NCBI GenBank assembly: GCA_973895155.1
Contig: OZ316894.1
Span: forward strand, 4,116,944-4,180,943
Origin: Marsupella aquatica
Lineage: Eukaryota > Plantae > Marchantiophyta
DNA length: 64,000 nt
Direction of reading: 5' to 3'
Position numbers and translations under genes: made by a program. Shown in pieces: positions 13,980 to 26,500 of this stretch. Each line of letters begins with the position of its first letter. The first letter of the stretch is position 1. The notes under the pieces are model-generated. The model searched no databases and had not been told where the DNA came from. It saw nothing but the letters and a program-made list of their open reading frames with translations.

Positions 13980-14216
13980 CAAGCCCTATGCCCACGCGTT
14001 GCACAGCGCAAAGAGGGCCAGCCCATAGGGAGTCGGGGCGGGGGCATATATGGGGCAGGGGGAAGCACGTATGTGCTAGGGGTGCACATTTCGTCCATCA
14101 ATGGTCAGGGAAAACAGCCAATTGAATCCAATGGTTGTGGATCTTTCCCACCTAGGAACTTTTTTGTATTGGGACAAAGGACTAAAAAAGGTGAGATCAC
14201 TTATTATAGTTGTAGA
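13980..14216 (-). mobile_element. Candidate short non-autonomous Helitron (~237 bp)
   Basis: On the minus strand it starts A|TCTACAACTATAATAAG and ends with a GC-rich imperfect hairpin (GCGCTGTGCAACGCGTGGGC) followed by CTTG|T, one mismatch from CTAG|T. It is a GC-rich island in an AT-rich context. Confidence 0.5.
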
Positions 14217-15559
14217 TGTAGAAGTCATTTGGGAAGACCCTAACTAATGACTAATAAAGTAAATACAGAAATATCAGTGTTGGAAATTTTATATTAGTCA
14301 TTTCAGCCAAAAGTAATAAATGACATGAAAAGCAATATATGACTGTAATTTTGAGGCTTAGGGTTTAGGTATGATTAAATAGTGTTATAGAGTTTAGCAT
14401 AAAATATATTAGCTATCCAATGTGGTACGTAAAACATAAACCATGTCAGTATCCTAGACTTATGGCTATCACATATTAAATTATCATTACATGTAAAAAG
14501 TTAATGAACATTGTTATTCTTCCTCTCATCCATCATGTACAAATGTAAAATGTAAGGCTTATCTCTACTAAGTAGGTATTTCTACTTGCACCCATTTTTT
14601 CCATCTTTCATATGCCAAAGATTGTTTGGCCATATTGACGGTAGGAGCCGGCCATTAAGGATGCTACTCGGGATAGGGTACTCATCAACCTTGGGTCACT
14701 AGTTATGCCACTTTGCCTCCTAAACCCTTTTTGAGGGCCACTTGTTGCACCATGGAAGGGTATCACCTACCTTAGGCCAAAACATTCCCAAGTTTGATGA
14801 CTTTGGAATGATTTGCCCAAAGGGGTCCAAATCACTCCCATTTGGTCATTCCCAAGGAATTTTGAGTCATTTATGGATTGCATGTGACTAAAGCTTTTGG
14901 CCAATTGTGGAGTGCTGTGAGACACCATTTCTGTGAATGACACAAAACAAGATGGATAAGTCTTGAATTGCTAGTACACAGGATAATTATGTCTGTAAGA
15001 GATATGGATAAGGTCAACATAGTGCAATGCATTTACAAGTGCATAATTGGGGGTTGTCTAGGGAGTCTGCACTTTATCAAGGGTTCAGAGTCAGATCATT
15101 CTCTTTAAAGATTTTGAATCTGGGCCCAACTTTCCAGGGGCATCGTAATTCCTGTCAGGAAGCAAGGTTACCGGTGTGTAACCTTTTCTACTAGGTGCCA
15201 CCATTTCCATAATCCTCTGCCCAGAAAATGTTCCCGATAATCTTTTTTCCGGACAGGTATTAGGTATGATAATGACAGCTTGGGCTGGGGTTACTGTCTG
15301 AAACTTGTTCCCACAAAGCTCAGAAAAACTTCCCGGCTGCCACCGGTTAGTATTTCCTCACTTTGTGGTCACAGGGTTACAGACCAGTAACCCAACTAAG
15401 ACCAAGCAGTCATTATCCTATACTTTAACTGGTTTCATTGGACAAACCTTTAAAACTGCACATTAATATGAGGGACCACAGCCTGAATACCCCAAGCTTT
15501 GCTCATTCCCAAGCTTGCCTCACTGGCCTCACTCTAAAACTTGCTGCCAACTCCAGAGT

Positions 15560-16145
15560 CATGTTCTCAAGGCTACACTCTAGAGCATAGGCTCCACAGG
15601 GTAGCTTTTGATCTTGAACAATTAGTCAGAACTTTGCTCAGACCAGGGGTTGCCTTCCCCATCTGTTTCCTCACCTCAAAACTTGCTGCCAATCCCAGAG
15701 TCTCAAAGTTTCACTCTACAGTATAGGCTCCAGATTGTAGCTTTCACCCAATCCCAGAGTCTCAAAGTTTCACTCTACACTGTAGGCTCCAGATTGTAGC
15801 TTTCAGTAGTGATTTCAAGTTTTGATCATTTGGAAGCTTCACGTCAACTATAGGCTCCATAGTGTAGCTTTTGGTAGTGATTTCAGGCTTTGATCATTTG
15901 GAGGTTTCACTTCAGACTATAGGCTCCACAGTGTAGCTTTTGGTAGTGATTTCAGGTTTTGATCATTTGGAGGCTTCACTTCAGACTATAGGCTCCACAA
16001 AGTAGCTTTTGGTAGTGATTTCAGACCATTTGGAAGCTTTACTTTAAGACCACAGGCTCAGGAGTGTAATTTTCGATGATTTCAGGTTTTGATCATTTGG
16101 AAGCTACAGCTATGGTCCTGGTTTCAAGTTTTGATCATTTGGAAC
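15560..16145. repeat. Minisatellite, ~55-59-bp units
   Basis: Repeated TAGGCTCCACAGTGTAGCTTTTGGTAGTGATTTCAGGTTTTGATCATTTGGA; units become more degenerate to the left. Confidence 0.85.
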
Positions 16146-16720
16146 ACCTTGAAGAGTGCACATTGATATGAGGGACCATTTCAAGTTTCCATCACATGGC
16201 CAAACACCTAAGAACTTTGTACGTTTTCTAAGACCAGTTCTAAGATTACCAGTGTGGGGCTGTTTCGAAGACGTAAGAAAAGAGGGTAACGTGGCTTTCC
16301 ACTTCGTTTGCCAGAACGGGCTTTGTAAAATGATTTCAGGTTTGCAACAATTTCTGAATCCTCGCAAGATACTTGGGAAGTTTCAACTTCGTTGAACGAT
16401 CCTCGTAGTGTTGAGCAACCACATGGCTCTGAAATGGGTTTCATTTAATCAGTGTGACTGCTACACTGATGTGCAACAGTAAACTCGGACCGATCCTTCT
16501 AGTTTTGAGCATGCGGATGCAATCAGTGACACAACTACACTCACGTGCAATCATAAACTGGGACAATTTTTTAGTAAAAGAGGATAATAACGTCACCTTT
16601 TGTGTGGCCAAGACAAACGCACCCAGGCAGGACGTCGGCCCGCCCAAATGTGTGAGAATAGTTAGACTAAGTCTCCGGAGCGTTCCTGATATCTTCATGC
16701 TACTGGCCTAGGTACTAGCC

Positions 16721-17600
16721 TGCCCTTATGTAGAGATATCCGACACACAGTCACTGAGGAACTTGTGCAATTCTTAAAAACTGCCAGCCCATATGTAGAG
16801 AAATCTGCAAACAGTCACTAAGGAAGTTGTGGAATTCTCGATAAGTGCCGCCCATACGGAAAGAAATCTGCAAACAGTCACTGAGGAACTTTTGGAATTC
16901 TCAGACTGCCGCCCATATGTAGAGAAATCTGCGAACAATCACCTAGGAACTTCTGGAATTCTTCGAAAACTACCGCCAATATGTAGAGAAATCTGCAAAC
17001 AGTCACTGAGGAACTCGTGGAATTCTCAAAACTGCCGCCATATGTACAGAAATCTGCAAACAGTCACTTAGGAAATTTTGAAATTCTCGAAAACCTGCTG
17101 CCCATATTTGAAGAGATCTGCGAACAGTCACAGAGCAACATTTGGAATTGTCGAACTGCTGCCCATATGTAGAGAAATCTGCAACCAGTCACTGAGGAAC
17201 TTTTGGAATTCTCGAACTGCCACCCATTTGTAGAGAAATCTGCAAACAGTCATGGGGAACTTTTGGAATTCTAGAAAACTGCCGCCCATACGTAGAGAAA
17301 TCTGCAAACAAAGTCACTGAGAAGGTTTTGGAATTCTCGGGAACTGCCTGCACATATGTAGAGAAATCTGCAAACAGCTGCTGAGGAACTTTTGGAATTC
17401 TGGAAAATTGCCGCTCATATGTAGAGAAATCTGCAAGCAGTCACTGAGGAACTTTTGGAATTCTGGAAGACTGCCGCCCATATGTAGAGTAATCAAACAG
17501 ACTCACGGAGGAACTTTTCAAATTTTCAAAACCTGCCGGCCCCAAATGTACAGAAATCTACAAACACAGTCACTGAGGGACTTCTAGAATTCTTGGAAAA
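16721..17600. repeat. Minisatellite, ~62-bp units, about 14 copies
   Basis: Unit GCCCATATGTAGAGAAATCTGCAAACAGTCACTGAGGAACTTTTGGAATTCTCGAAAACTGCC. Confidence 0.93.
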
Positions 17601-17664
17601 TTGGATATATATGTTCGAAGACAAGTTTGTCTTTCCAGTTGATCAACTACTCTGCCGGCTGTTT

Positions 17665-20022
17665 TCAGGAACTTGGGGGTACGCCATTGGACGGCGCCCT
17701 AGCATAAGATCCGGTCCCAGTCTCAGCTGCATTTGGGGATCTTTTTTCCTTAGTTTTCAAGTGCTTCTCAGTGATTCTCGACAACGCTACAAGCTCTTGG
17801 ACATTTAGATGTGCAACAGCACACATCTTGTCTAACGATAGCATGGGAAATGGTTCTTCAATGAGCACTCCGACCTGGAAGAACGATTTGAAGTTTTAAG
17901 TTAAAATGGCGCATGATGAAACAGGACATTTGCTGGAAAGGAAAATAACATTAAGTGCGTCTCAAGGCCCAAAAGTTGGCTAGCAGGAGACTTGGAGTTC
18001 CGACCTCAGTGGCAACACATCATAGCATAATCGCTCACCTCTTCGATGCAGAATAATGTGCTCGCGCTGAAGAACGTTGCAAAGATCGTCATCCACTTGC
18101 AGTCATCCCATAAGACAAGTGGGAGAGTCAGGTGCCACAGGATCAATGCTCTAGAAGTTAGCCGGGTGTATGATAATGGGATAGGAGTTCGCGTGATTCT
18201 CTCACATACGCTGATACTATGGTTAAACTCCGTGATGTTGGCCTCCTGGAATACATGGAGTCACCCCACCAAGCAAAGTTTTACTCTCCAAAGCCGGCCG
18301 AAATTGAGAACATGATAAAAATCAACTCACTTCAAACCTCTAAACATTACAAGCCCATGAAAAAGGCTTTCGCTTACCATGAGACTCCTTTGATTGTCCG
18401 TGAGCTGAACAAGTCCCATAGTCTGGGTCATGAGCTGAATCAAGCAATTCGGTCGATGTGGAGAGTTCATAACAACAGCCAAATCTTCTTTATCGAGCAA
18501 TAGCTTCAAGTCCTCGTATATGTCTGATCCGTCAAGCAAATGGCACTGCCAGGACAAGCGTCATTTTAGACGTGCTACACTTTTACATCAACGTCAGTCA
18601 CATCGATAAACTAAGCGGATACCGATGAAAGCTCTCTTAACGAATTTTGCAATAACGAGGTTCTAAGGTCTTCACAACAGCACGCACAGAACAACGATGG
18701 ACATGGTAAAGTAAAATTCTTCGCCTGCCGTGAAAGGAATTGGGCAAGTGATGATTATTCGTCTGCTGTGAAATGAATTGGGTAAGTAATTGTGCCGCAG
18801 AACTGCATATAATGTACCAGTTCATAAATGATATTCACTTGTGCGGAATGAATTAACTTGTACAGGAGCCAAGTCTGTTGTTAACATTAGAAGAGGTACT
18901 TATGACTCCTTACAAGCACACCTTGCCAGAGCCTAGCTCATCATACCTGCTCCTGAGTCCGGCTCATAAGTAGACCCTTGAGCAAGCTCAGCTCAGCAGC
19001 AAGTGTTCAGTTGCTGTTATGGGTTTCAAGATCCGCAAGAAGGGGAGACACAGGACCCGAAAGGGACAAAACACAATGCCCTGAGAATAGGGCGGAGATG
19101 ACCATACCTTGAGAGCAACAGGAAAGGCCATAATGTAGTGCTGCAAGTCAACCTTTCGATGGACATCTAGTGGATTTCGAATCCAGGCGAGGCACTGCCT
19201 AGCGAAATCCTTACTGCAGGCGAAGACTTTGGTCCAAGTCTTTCTTCCCTCATCATAGCGAGAATAGGAAGCCTCCGTGCGAAACACCAAAAGAAGAGCA
19301 AGAGCCGGCGCTGTGAGCTGGTAGGGAAGAGAAGATATGTGCAAGATCGGGAAGAAGGAAGGCAAGATCGAATCCTCCACTAAAGTGTTGTACAGTACAA
19401 CAACCGCAGACATCGCCGTCAGGGCTGTCACTGGAGGGATCAGAGATATGATGACTCTCGACTTAAAGGTCGACAGCATGTGCCTGATGTGTCGTTTGGA
19501 GCTTCTGTGTTTGAACCAGTCCTCTGCTTTGTAGAATGCTCCCCTTCTTCTCATCCCCATCTCCGTTTGTGCGTCAGCATGGTCAGCAATCCTATCCAGC
19601 AATTCCAGCGGATTCAAAGTCCAGGATTGCTTCTCCTTTTGCGAATCGTCCACCGCTTCTGATGTGGTTGCTCCTGGGCTTAGAGTTTTGAGGAACGTCC
19701 GGACTTCGTTTTTACCCCTCGTGTCATCGTCATCCATATTTTCCGAAACAATCCCTGAGACTCTTCTTCTTCGGCTGATTCTTTGGGCTAGAGGGCTTCG
19801 TAGTTGGCACGAACCCAAAGCAGAGCCCCACCTCCATGACATTGCTCGTGAGATATCTGCTTGACGGCATACTCCGCGGTCGGATGAATGTTGCAAGGAC
19901 GCTCGGCATGGAGAGGGTGAAATCCATGAGCGGCTCGGAGAGTGAGTAGTGGTAGATGGGAGAGTCATGTCTTGTCGCCTGTAGGAACACATTGTACCGA
20001 GCACCGGCCCGCCCCCTCCCAT
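17665..20022 (-). CDS. Chloroplast bestrophin-like anion channel (VCCN/BEST, UPF0187 family), 4 coding exons
   Basis: Exon 1 ~20022-19108 (transit-like N-terminus, HRSSKRHIRH, LPYQLTAPALALLLVFRTEASYSRYDEGRKTW, YIMAFPVALK). Exon 2 18546-~18379 (CHLL...SPHRP). Exon 3 18245-18039 (CERITRTPIPLSYTRLTSR...LFCIEE). Exon 4 17874-17665 (VGVLIEEPFPMLSLD). The start ATG is 20022 or ~19992. Confidence 0.93.
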
Positions 20023-21879
20023 GGTTGCAGAGAACAGGAACGAATTCACATGACCTAGGAATTCTCAGCTTGAGAGAAACACTTCACCCTCTCTTAACCC
20101 AGCAATAATTCCTCTGCAAACCCACAAATTGCCGCCGTCACAAAGACATCCAATGTAGACAAACAATGCGAGACTCATCACTCTGGAAGACAGCCTCCAC
20201 ACCGAACATGATGCGAACTGCGTTCGTAACTGAGGAGGTAGCCACACCTTGCAGGCCAGATTTCCGAACTATTTCAGCCGGCCAGACTGCGAACAAGGCT
20301 GGGAAAAATCCTCCCTCAATTAATTCTGCCACGATTCTATTTTAACCTAGAAACGAACCTCTACGTTCTCGTTTTCGGTGAGATCATGACCCTAGATTCC
20401 AGAGTATTTGCATCCAAAGGAGATCATACATCTCGAGAAATTCTGAAAGAATATGAGAATCTCAGCTGTTCACGAGAATCTGACCTTACCTACTAGTAGT
20501 CAATACCCAGTACCGTCCAACAAGGGTGATTCACATCTACAAATAAAACAGAGCCTGTTAGGGAATGCGGAGACGAGAAACGTGCATTGCAGTGGGACAT
20601 AATACACGCTCTAAGGATGTATTGCGGATATAACTGAGGCACAGAAGTGGATGGAAGTGACTGCGAGAATTTGGGTTTCCAATTGTGAATAGCAAATTAA
20701 CATAGAAAAAAGAACAGAAAGGAATACAGGCAGCACGACGATAACAAGCTGCAAAATGATACCATTTTCTGGCTTCAGAGCATCAGTTCTATGCGAGTAG
20801 TGTAACTCGTGGCTGTCAGGAAAAGAATCCACTTGAAATGGCATGCAGTAGGAGTACCCTGGAAATTACTGCCAAGGTGCTGTGAGTGTTCAGAGTGGAG
20901 ACAAACAAACTCTCACCGTGATTCGTCGTTGATGGGTTTGCGGTCGAGATGAAACACCAAGGCGAAGAACGCAATGCTTGAAAGAAATTGGGCGAAACCG
21001 ATGGTCGGTGTGCAAAGAGACGAAAAGGTGGGTCCGCGTTCTAGTCATGAGGGTGAGAGAATGAAAGCATACACCACTTAATAAATTCTCAAAACAGATC
21101 CTAGACACTATTTTATGCAACAGCCTCGATCCAACAGGGAGGCTTGGCGGAGGATTCTGCACTGCTGATAATGGAAGCTTAAGGCTGAGAAACGACTTGC
21201 AGAAACCTCTTAGAGGCCAACTTCATCGCGCAGGCTCGTTTGACCTGATGATGATCATAGAACAAGGCAAGAAGACCAGAAAGGAGGATTGCCAGCACCG
21301 TTCACGAGGTCTCACACGGAGTTTGAGCAGCTCCTGATAAAATGCACAACTTCATGACACGTCATCAAATGCCAATACGAGAAAGGCATGACAGTCACGA
21401 AAAAGGTGTCTCAAGATTGGGACCCAAGAAGCTCATGACACAACAGAGATCAGAATGACGGCCCTGCAGATTGCTACACCTGCTGTTTATTAAAGACCCA
21501 GGACCGGGAATTGTGTAACGGAGGGCATTGATGGCCTCTGTGGTCGATGCCTATCGTGGTCCCACGCTCCAAGATACTATTCTCAAGATTGGCGAGGAGC
21601 AACCTTGACACGGACAACTGCAGGAGGCTGGTGGTGGAGGTGGCGGAGGCAGCGAGGCAGCGAGGCAGAGGTGAATTGTGCCAATCCCATGCCAATCCCA
21701 TGAATTGATTGATGCTGGATGTGGGGTAGCTCATCAGCAGTACAGTTTTGGACAGGCAGCCAGAAATCCATCATCAGCAACTGCAGAAGCTCCGACAGTG
21801 AAAGACGACTTCAATCAGTCCACATTCTCTGACCCCAGTGACCATTGATTGAGTCATCGAGCTTGGTACGTACCAAAGG

Positions 21880-21883
<4 letters not shown>

Positions 21884-21910
<27 letters not shown>
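21884..21910. repeat. (GA)n microsatellite
   Basis: Direct reading. Confidence 0.9.
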
Positions 21911-21911
<1 letters not shown>

Positions 21912-22067
21912 GCCAGGGCTCTGGCTGACTGGATTGGATGGGCAACTTGCCAAAGATTTTTCAAATCCACGTCAGAAATATCAAGGCTTCGGTATCCTAA
22001 TTGGTTAGTTCTTGGTCAAGCTACTACACTAGGAGGAATCTCAAGGAACTTCCCCTCACACCCCACC

Positions 22068-22262
22068 AGGAAATATCAAGCTCAAGCTATGAGGAGGAGC
22101 ATAGGGAAGCCCCCATATATGGAACAGGAAGCATCCAGATCAATGTTTATCCTTGGGAATTCTCACATGGAAATATCAAGCTCAAGCTATGAGGAGGAGC
22201 ATAGGGAAGCCCCCATAATTATATGGGAAATAGGGAAGCCTCCAGATCAATGTTTATCCTCA
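22068..22262. repeat. ~100-bp direct duplication
   Basis: GGAAATATCAAGCTCAAGCTATGAGGAGGAGCATAGGGAAGCCCCCATA occurs twice. Confidence 0.85.
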
Positions 22263-22799
22263 GGAATTTTAAGTGCAGCAAAAGTGGCTGCCCCAAAATA
22301 TATTATGGGTTCCTTTGGGTATGGATTGATTAATTTTTTGTCCCTCCAAGACTCCCCCACTAGAAGTGTTGGTGGAGTACTCCATCTAGGACCAGCTATA
22401 CCCAGATTTCACACCTTGTTCACCTTCTACATTGAGACCATGGACGGCTGGATCTTGTGAAGATGAACATCCATACACAGTTCAAATCACTCCATGAAAC
22501 AGAAAATTACATCTGAGTTTGTCGATTGAACCCAATAACTAAACCACCATGTGCCATCTCCAACCCATCCAACAACTACATACAAAATTTATGTTCAACC
22601 CGCTAAATAATACTACCTTATTCACATGTCCAATCCTGTCTGGACCCGACCATGGACCAAAGTGCAAAAAGTCGTGTTCAACCCACTAATACTATCTGAT
22701 TTCCATGTCCAACCGCATCACATTATGGGATTTCCATGTCCAATATTGTCACACTATTGGGTTCAGGCAGTTCAGGGTGCAAAAAGTCATGTCCAATCC

Positions 22800-23582
22800 T
22801 GTAGTGCCACAGGTAGCATATTTTCATCACCAACCCTATAATGCATGCAAAAAGTCATGTCACACTTGGGAATTTGTGCTTGGTTTGGGGTTTACAGTTA
22901 CTTTTGGCTTTCTACTACAGTTAATTTGTTATTTATTTAATGTAGTGTTTTGCTGCAGGGGCTCATTTCCATCTCCAACCCTGTAATCATACTATAAAAG
23001 CGTCAACAAAAGTATATTTTTAAAAGCCTAGGTTTAGGGTGAAGCTTCTAGACCATAACTCTATGACCGTCAACAAAAATATATTTTTAAAATCCTAGGT
23101 TTAGGGTGAAGCTTCTAGACCATAACTCTATGATCATCATGTGCATGGAAAACACTAAATTATATATGATTATTAAAATCATAATTTTTTTTATCATTTC
23201 ATTAATTTTCAAAGAATATGAATAAATAATATATTATGATAACATTTTTATTATGCTAGTTTATATAATAGCTTATATAGTCATAGGGTTTAGTATTTAA
23301 AGTTTTTGGAAATTATTTTTTGATAACACTTTTTATTGGGGCTAGTTTGTATAGTCATAGGGTTTAGCGTTTAAAGTTTTGAGAGCATATTATTTTTGAT
23401 AACATGAGAGCATATTAATTTTGATAACATTTTTATTGTCCTAACATATTATTTTTGATAACATTTTTATTGTACTAACATATTATTTTTGATAACATTT
23501 CTATTGTCCTCTCCTCTATTCACTTTGGGGCTAGTTTATATAGTCAATTTATATAGTGGTAGGGTTTAGGGTTTAGGGTTTA
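22800..23582. repeat. AT-rich composite repeat containing TTTAGGG motifs (left flank of the retrotransposon)
   Basis: Units GGGGCTAGTTTATATAGT...TAGGGTTTAG..TTTAAAGTTTT, a duplicated ~67-bp block at ~23000-23135, and about three TTTAGGG-phase repeats at 23560-23583. The same family resumes at 27995-28330. Confidence 0.75.
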
Positions 23583-26500
23583 GCCAATTGTGCATACCAG
23601 CCAACACTTGCACAACAGGATGGCGGGGAGTTGTGGCAGTCAGCGATCTGCAAGAGGGACTGCAATTGCTAGCATATATTGACCAGGAAAGACTATGACC
23701 TGATTATTGATTATCTAGAAGTCCAACATATGATCTTTTGGGCATGGAAAATCAGGTCAGGTAATCCTTATGAGTCCAAGTAATTGGTATTTGCCTCAAT
23801 GGTTGCAGTGTTGGCCAAAAATTATAATTTCCCGAAGATGGATGCATGTTCTCTTCGGATTTGATTTCGACTTTCTTCTTCGGTTTTGGTAGGGTGATTT
23901 TTCGTGACAGTTTCGGGACCAGATCTCCCTCAGTTTTTCTCGGAATATGGATCTGTCAACTGATTCGGCAGCTCTTCTCGAGGCGCTTCAAATCGACCCC
24001 AAGATCAGCCCAAACGGTTGAGTTTCGCCACGGTTCTCTTCGGATTTGATTTCGACTTTCTTCTTCGGTTTCGGCAGGGTGTTTTTTCGTGACAGTTTCG
24101 GGACCATATCTCCCTCAGTTTTACTCGGATATTCAGCAGATGGATATTCACTTGCGTCAACTCCCCAACGGACACATCGACGAGTGCTTCAGCTTTGCTC
24201 CTTACTGTGCCTGCACCTGCTCAACGGTTTCCTAGGCTGGCGGTTGGTGCCGTTTCTCGACCTGATGCGGTGGGCTCTCTCCATCGCCTCCCCTTTCTTT
24301 TCACATGCCTTGGTTGGGCCTTTTGTCGCTTCTTGATCGCTCGTCATGTCTGCGTTGAGAGTGTTGGCGCGGGGCAAGCGCCCAGCCCCACCACACACTT
24401 CTCCCCCGTCCTCCCCCCCCCCCCTCGTGGACGTCTTCGTGTTTGCTCTTCTTCACTGGATCTCTCTCATCTTCGTGATGACCCCATGCGCGATGCTCTG
24501 CCAGTCCCCCCAGTCTACTGCCCACCCCATTGTCGCCCTGGCTCCTCTCCCCACCCCATTCCCCCTCCACCCATTTACCATCCTCCTCCGGCCTCCTCGT
24601 CCACATCTGTTCCACCCCCACCTCCTGTCCAGTCTTTCCCTGCTCCCTCCATGGACGAGCGTCCCTTGCATACTTGTCATGACTGTGGATGGGTGGGCAT
24701 CTCCCTCCCTCATCATCGCGGGCGGGGGCGGTGCCATCGTCGCCAGCAAGCACAATCCCAGCCCCAGCCCCCTATTGACCCTGTTAGCTCTGCCCCTCCC
24801 TCCTTGGAGGCTCCCGAGCAGGCATGGAGTTGGGTTCGCACTCTAGACCCCCTTCCAGCCTACCATCCAGGGTACATTAGACCTCGCCTTTATAACCACA
24901 TTCCTCTGGCGTTGCGCCCTTTAATTCGGTCCTCCTTGTTGCAGTTCATGCAGCTTATCTTGGCGCATCCTATGGAGGTCTCCTACTGGTCTTTACTAAT
25001 GCTTTTTCCACAGTGGACTCTTACCCTCCCTAGTCATGGTGGTCGTGTGGGTCACCGTGAGACTGCTTCTCGTATCCATCATTTTTTGCGGGGAGATTGG
25101 GAGCAGCTTCAGGAAGAGTACTTTCTTCGCGCCTGGTCTTTTACCGCACGTGCTTTGTCTGACCCAACTCGCCACTCTCATCCTCCTGAGCATATACGTC
25201 TTCGTCGCTCTTGTCGTTTAGCCCAGGCTGGTGAATATCGTCGGGCTGTCCAGACCCTTTCTCCCACCACACCAGCCCCCCTGGCGAGGTCACCTCAATG
25301 GCCCTTCAGGATCTCCATCCGCAGCCCCATGATCAGCTCCCTTTGTTCGTAGAGGATTTTGAGCCAGAGGAGGATCTTCAGTTTAGTAGGGACCACTTCA
25401 CCTATGCCTTCCTCCATGCCCCGCGTTGCGCTGTTGGTGGCCCCTCCGGCTATGTCTTTGAGCATTTTCATGATTTATTCCCCCCTGAGGATCCTCAGTC
25501 TGGTTTTCCAGTTTTCTTCTCCTTTTGCCAGTGTATTGCAGTCGGTCGTTTGCCTCCTCCCGTCTCTCGGCTCTTGAGTGCTTCTCGTTTATTGGCCATG
25601 GCTAAGTCTTCACCGGGTGTTCGGCCAATTGCTATTGGGGAGGTTTTTCTTCGTCTGGTGTCTCGCACACTTTCCTCGCAGTTTCGCTCTACACTATCGG
25701 ATCATGTCTCTCCACATCAGTTTGCAGTGGGCGTTCCTGGCGGCTGTGAGACAGTTATTGCGGGTATTCGAGCTACCTTGGACCTCCACCCTGATTGGGT
25801 TGTCCTCCAGGTTGATGTCTCTAATGCTTTTAATACGGTTTCTCGGGCAGCCATTTTTCGTGCTTTGAGGGCAGCGGATCCAGACATCCAGTCCCTGATC
25901 CCCTTTGTCCATTGTTTTTATGGACTCGAGGCCCCACTCTTCTATAGTCATCACTCCTCTATAGGAGTGTATTCCACTATTTCTTCTGCAGAAGGTACAC
26001 GTCAGGGTGACCCTTTGGGTGGGCCTCTTTTTGCCATTGCCCATTTTACAGCTTTACGAGAAGCCGTCATGGCCCACCCCCAGTGTATCTTCCCCTCCCT
26101 TTTAGATGACACCCACATCATTGGTCCTCCTGCCGCGGTTACTTCTGCCCTCGCCACTCTTTCCACCCATTTGATGGCCTCGGTTTACGGGTTCAGCCTG
26201 TGAAGAGTCGTGCATGGAGTCCAGTTGGGTTTCCCTATGATCTTGCGCTTCCCCCAGGGTTCTTACGTCCAGCCGATGGTCTTCGGGTCCTTGGTTCTCC
26301 AGTCGGTACCGCCTCCTTTTGCTCATCTTTCATCGCTGATGCTCTACAGGCTGCCTTAGCCCCTACTCCTATGCTCCCTAAGTTAGCAGATTCTCATGCA
26401 GCATTTGGGATGTTGTTGAGGTGCATCCACCCTCGTGCGTCTTATTTGGCTCGGAAGCATCCCCCTACCGAGGATCTTTGTCTCCACCTTTGAGCATTTG

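Noticed and set aside
16721-17600. Possible CRISPR array or repeat-protein ORFs
   Set aside because: Whole units are homologous with no unique spacers; the short ORFs are by-products of the repeat.
21849-22460. 203-aa ORF
   Set aside because: Built from a GA microsatellite and a local 100-bp duplication; no domain recognised.
23560-23583. True telomere or chromosome-fusion scar
   Set aside because: Only about three repeats, embedded in a dispersed AT-rich repeat, with genes on both sides and no head-to-head arrangement.
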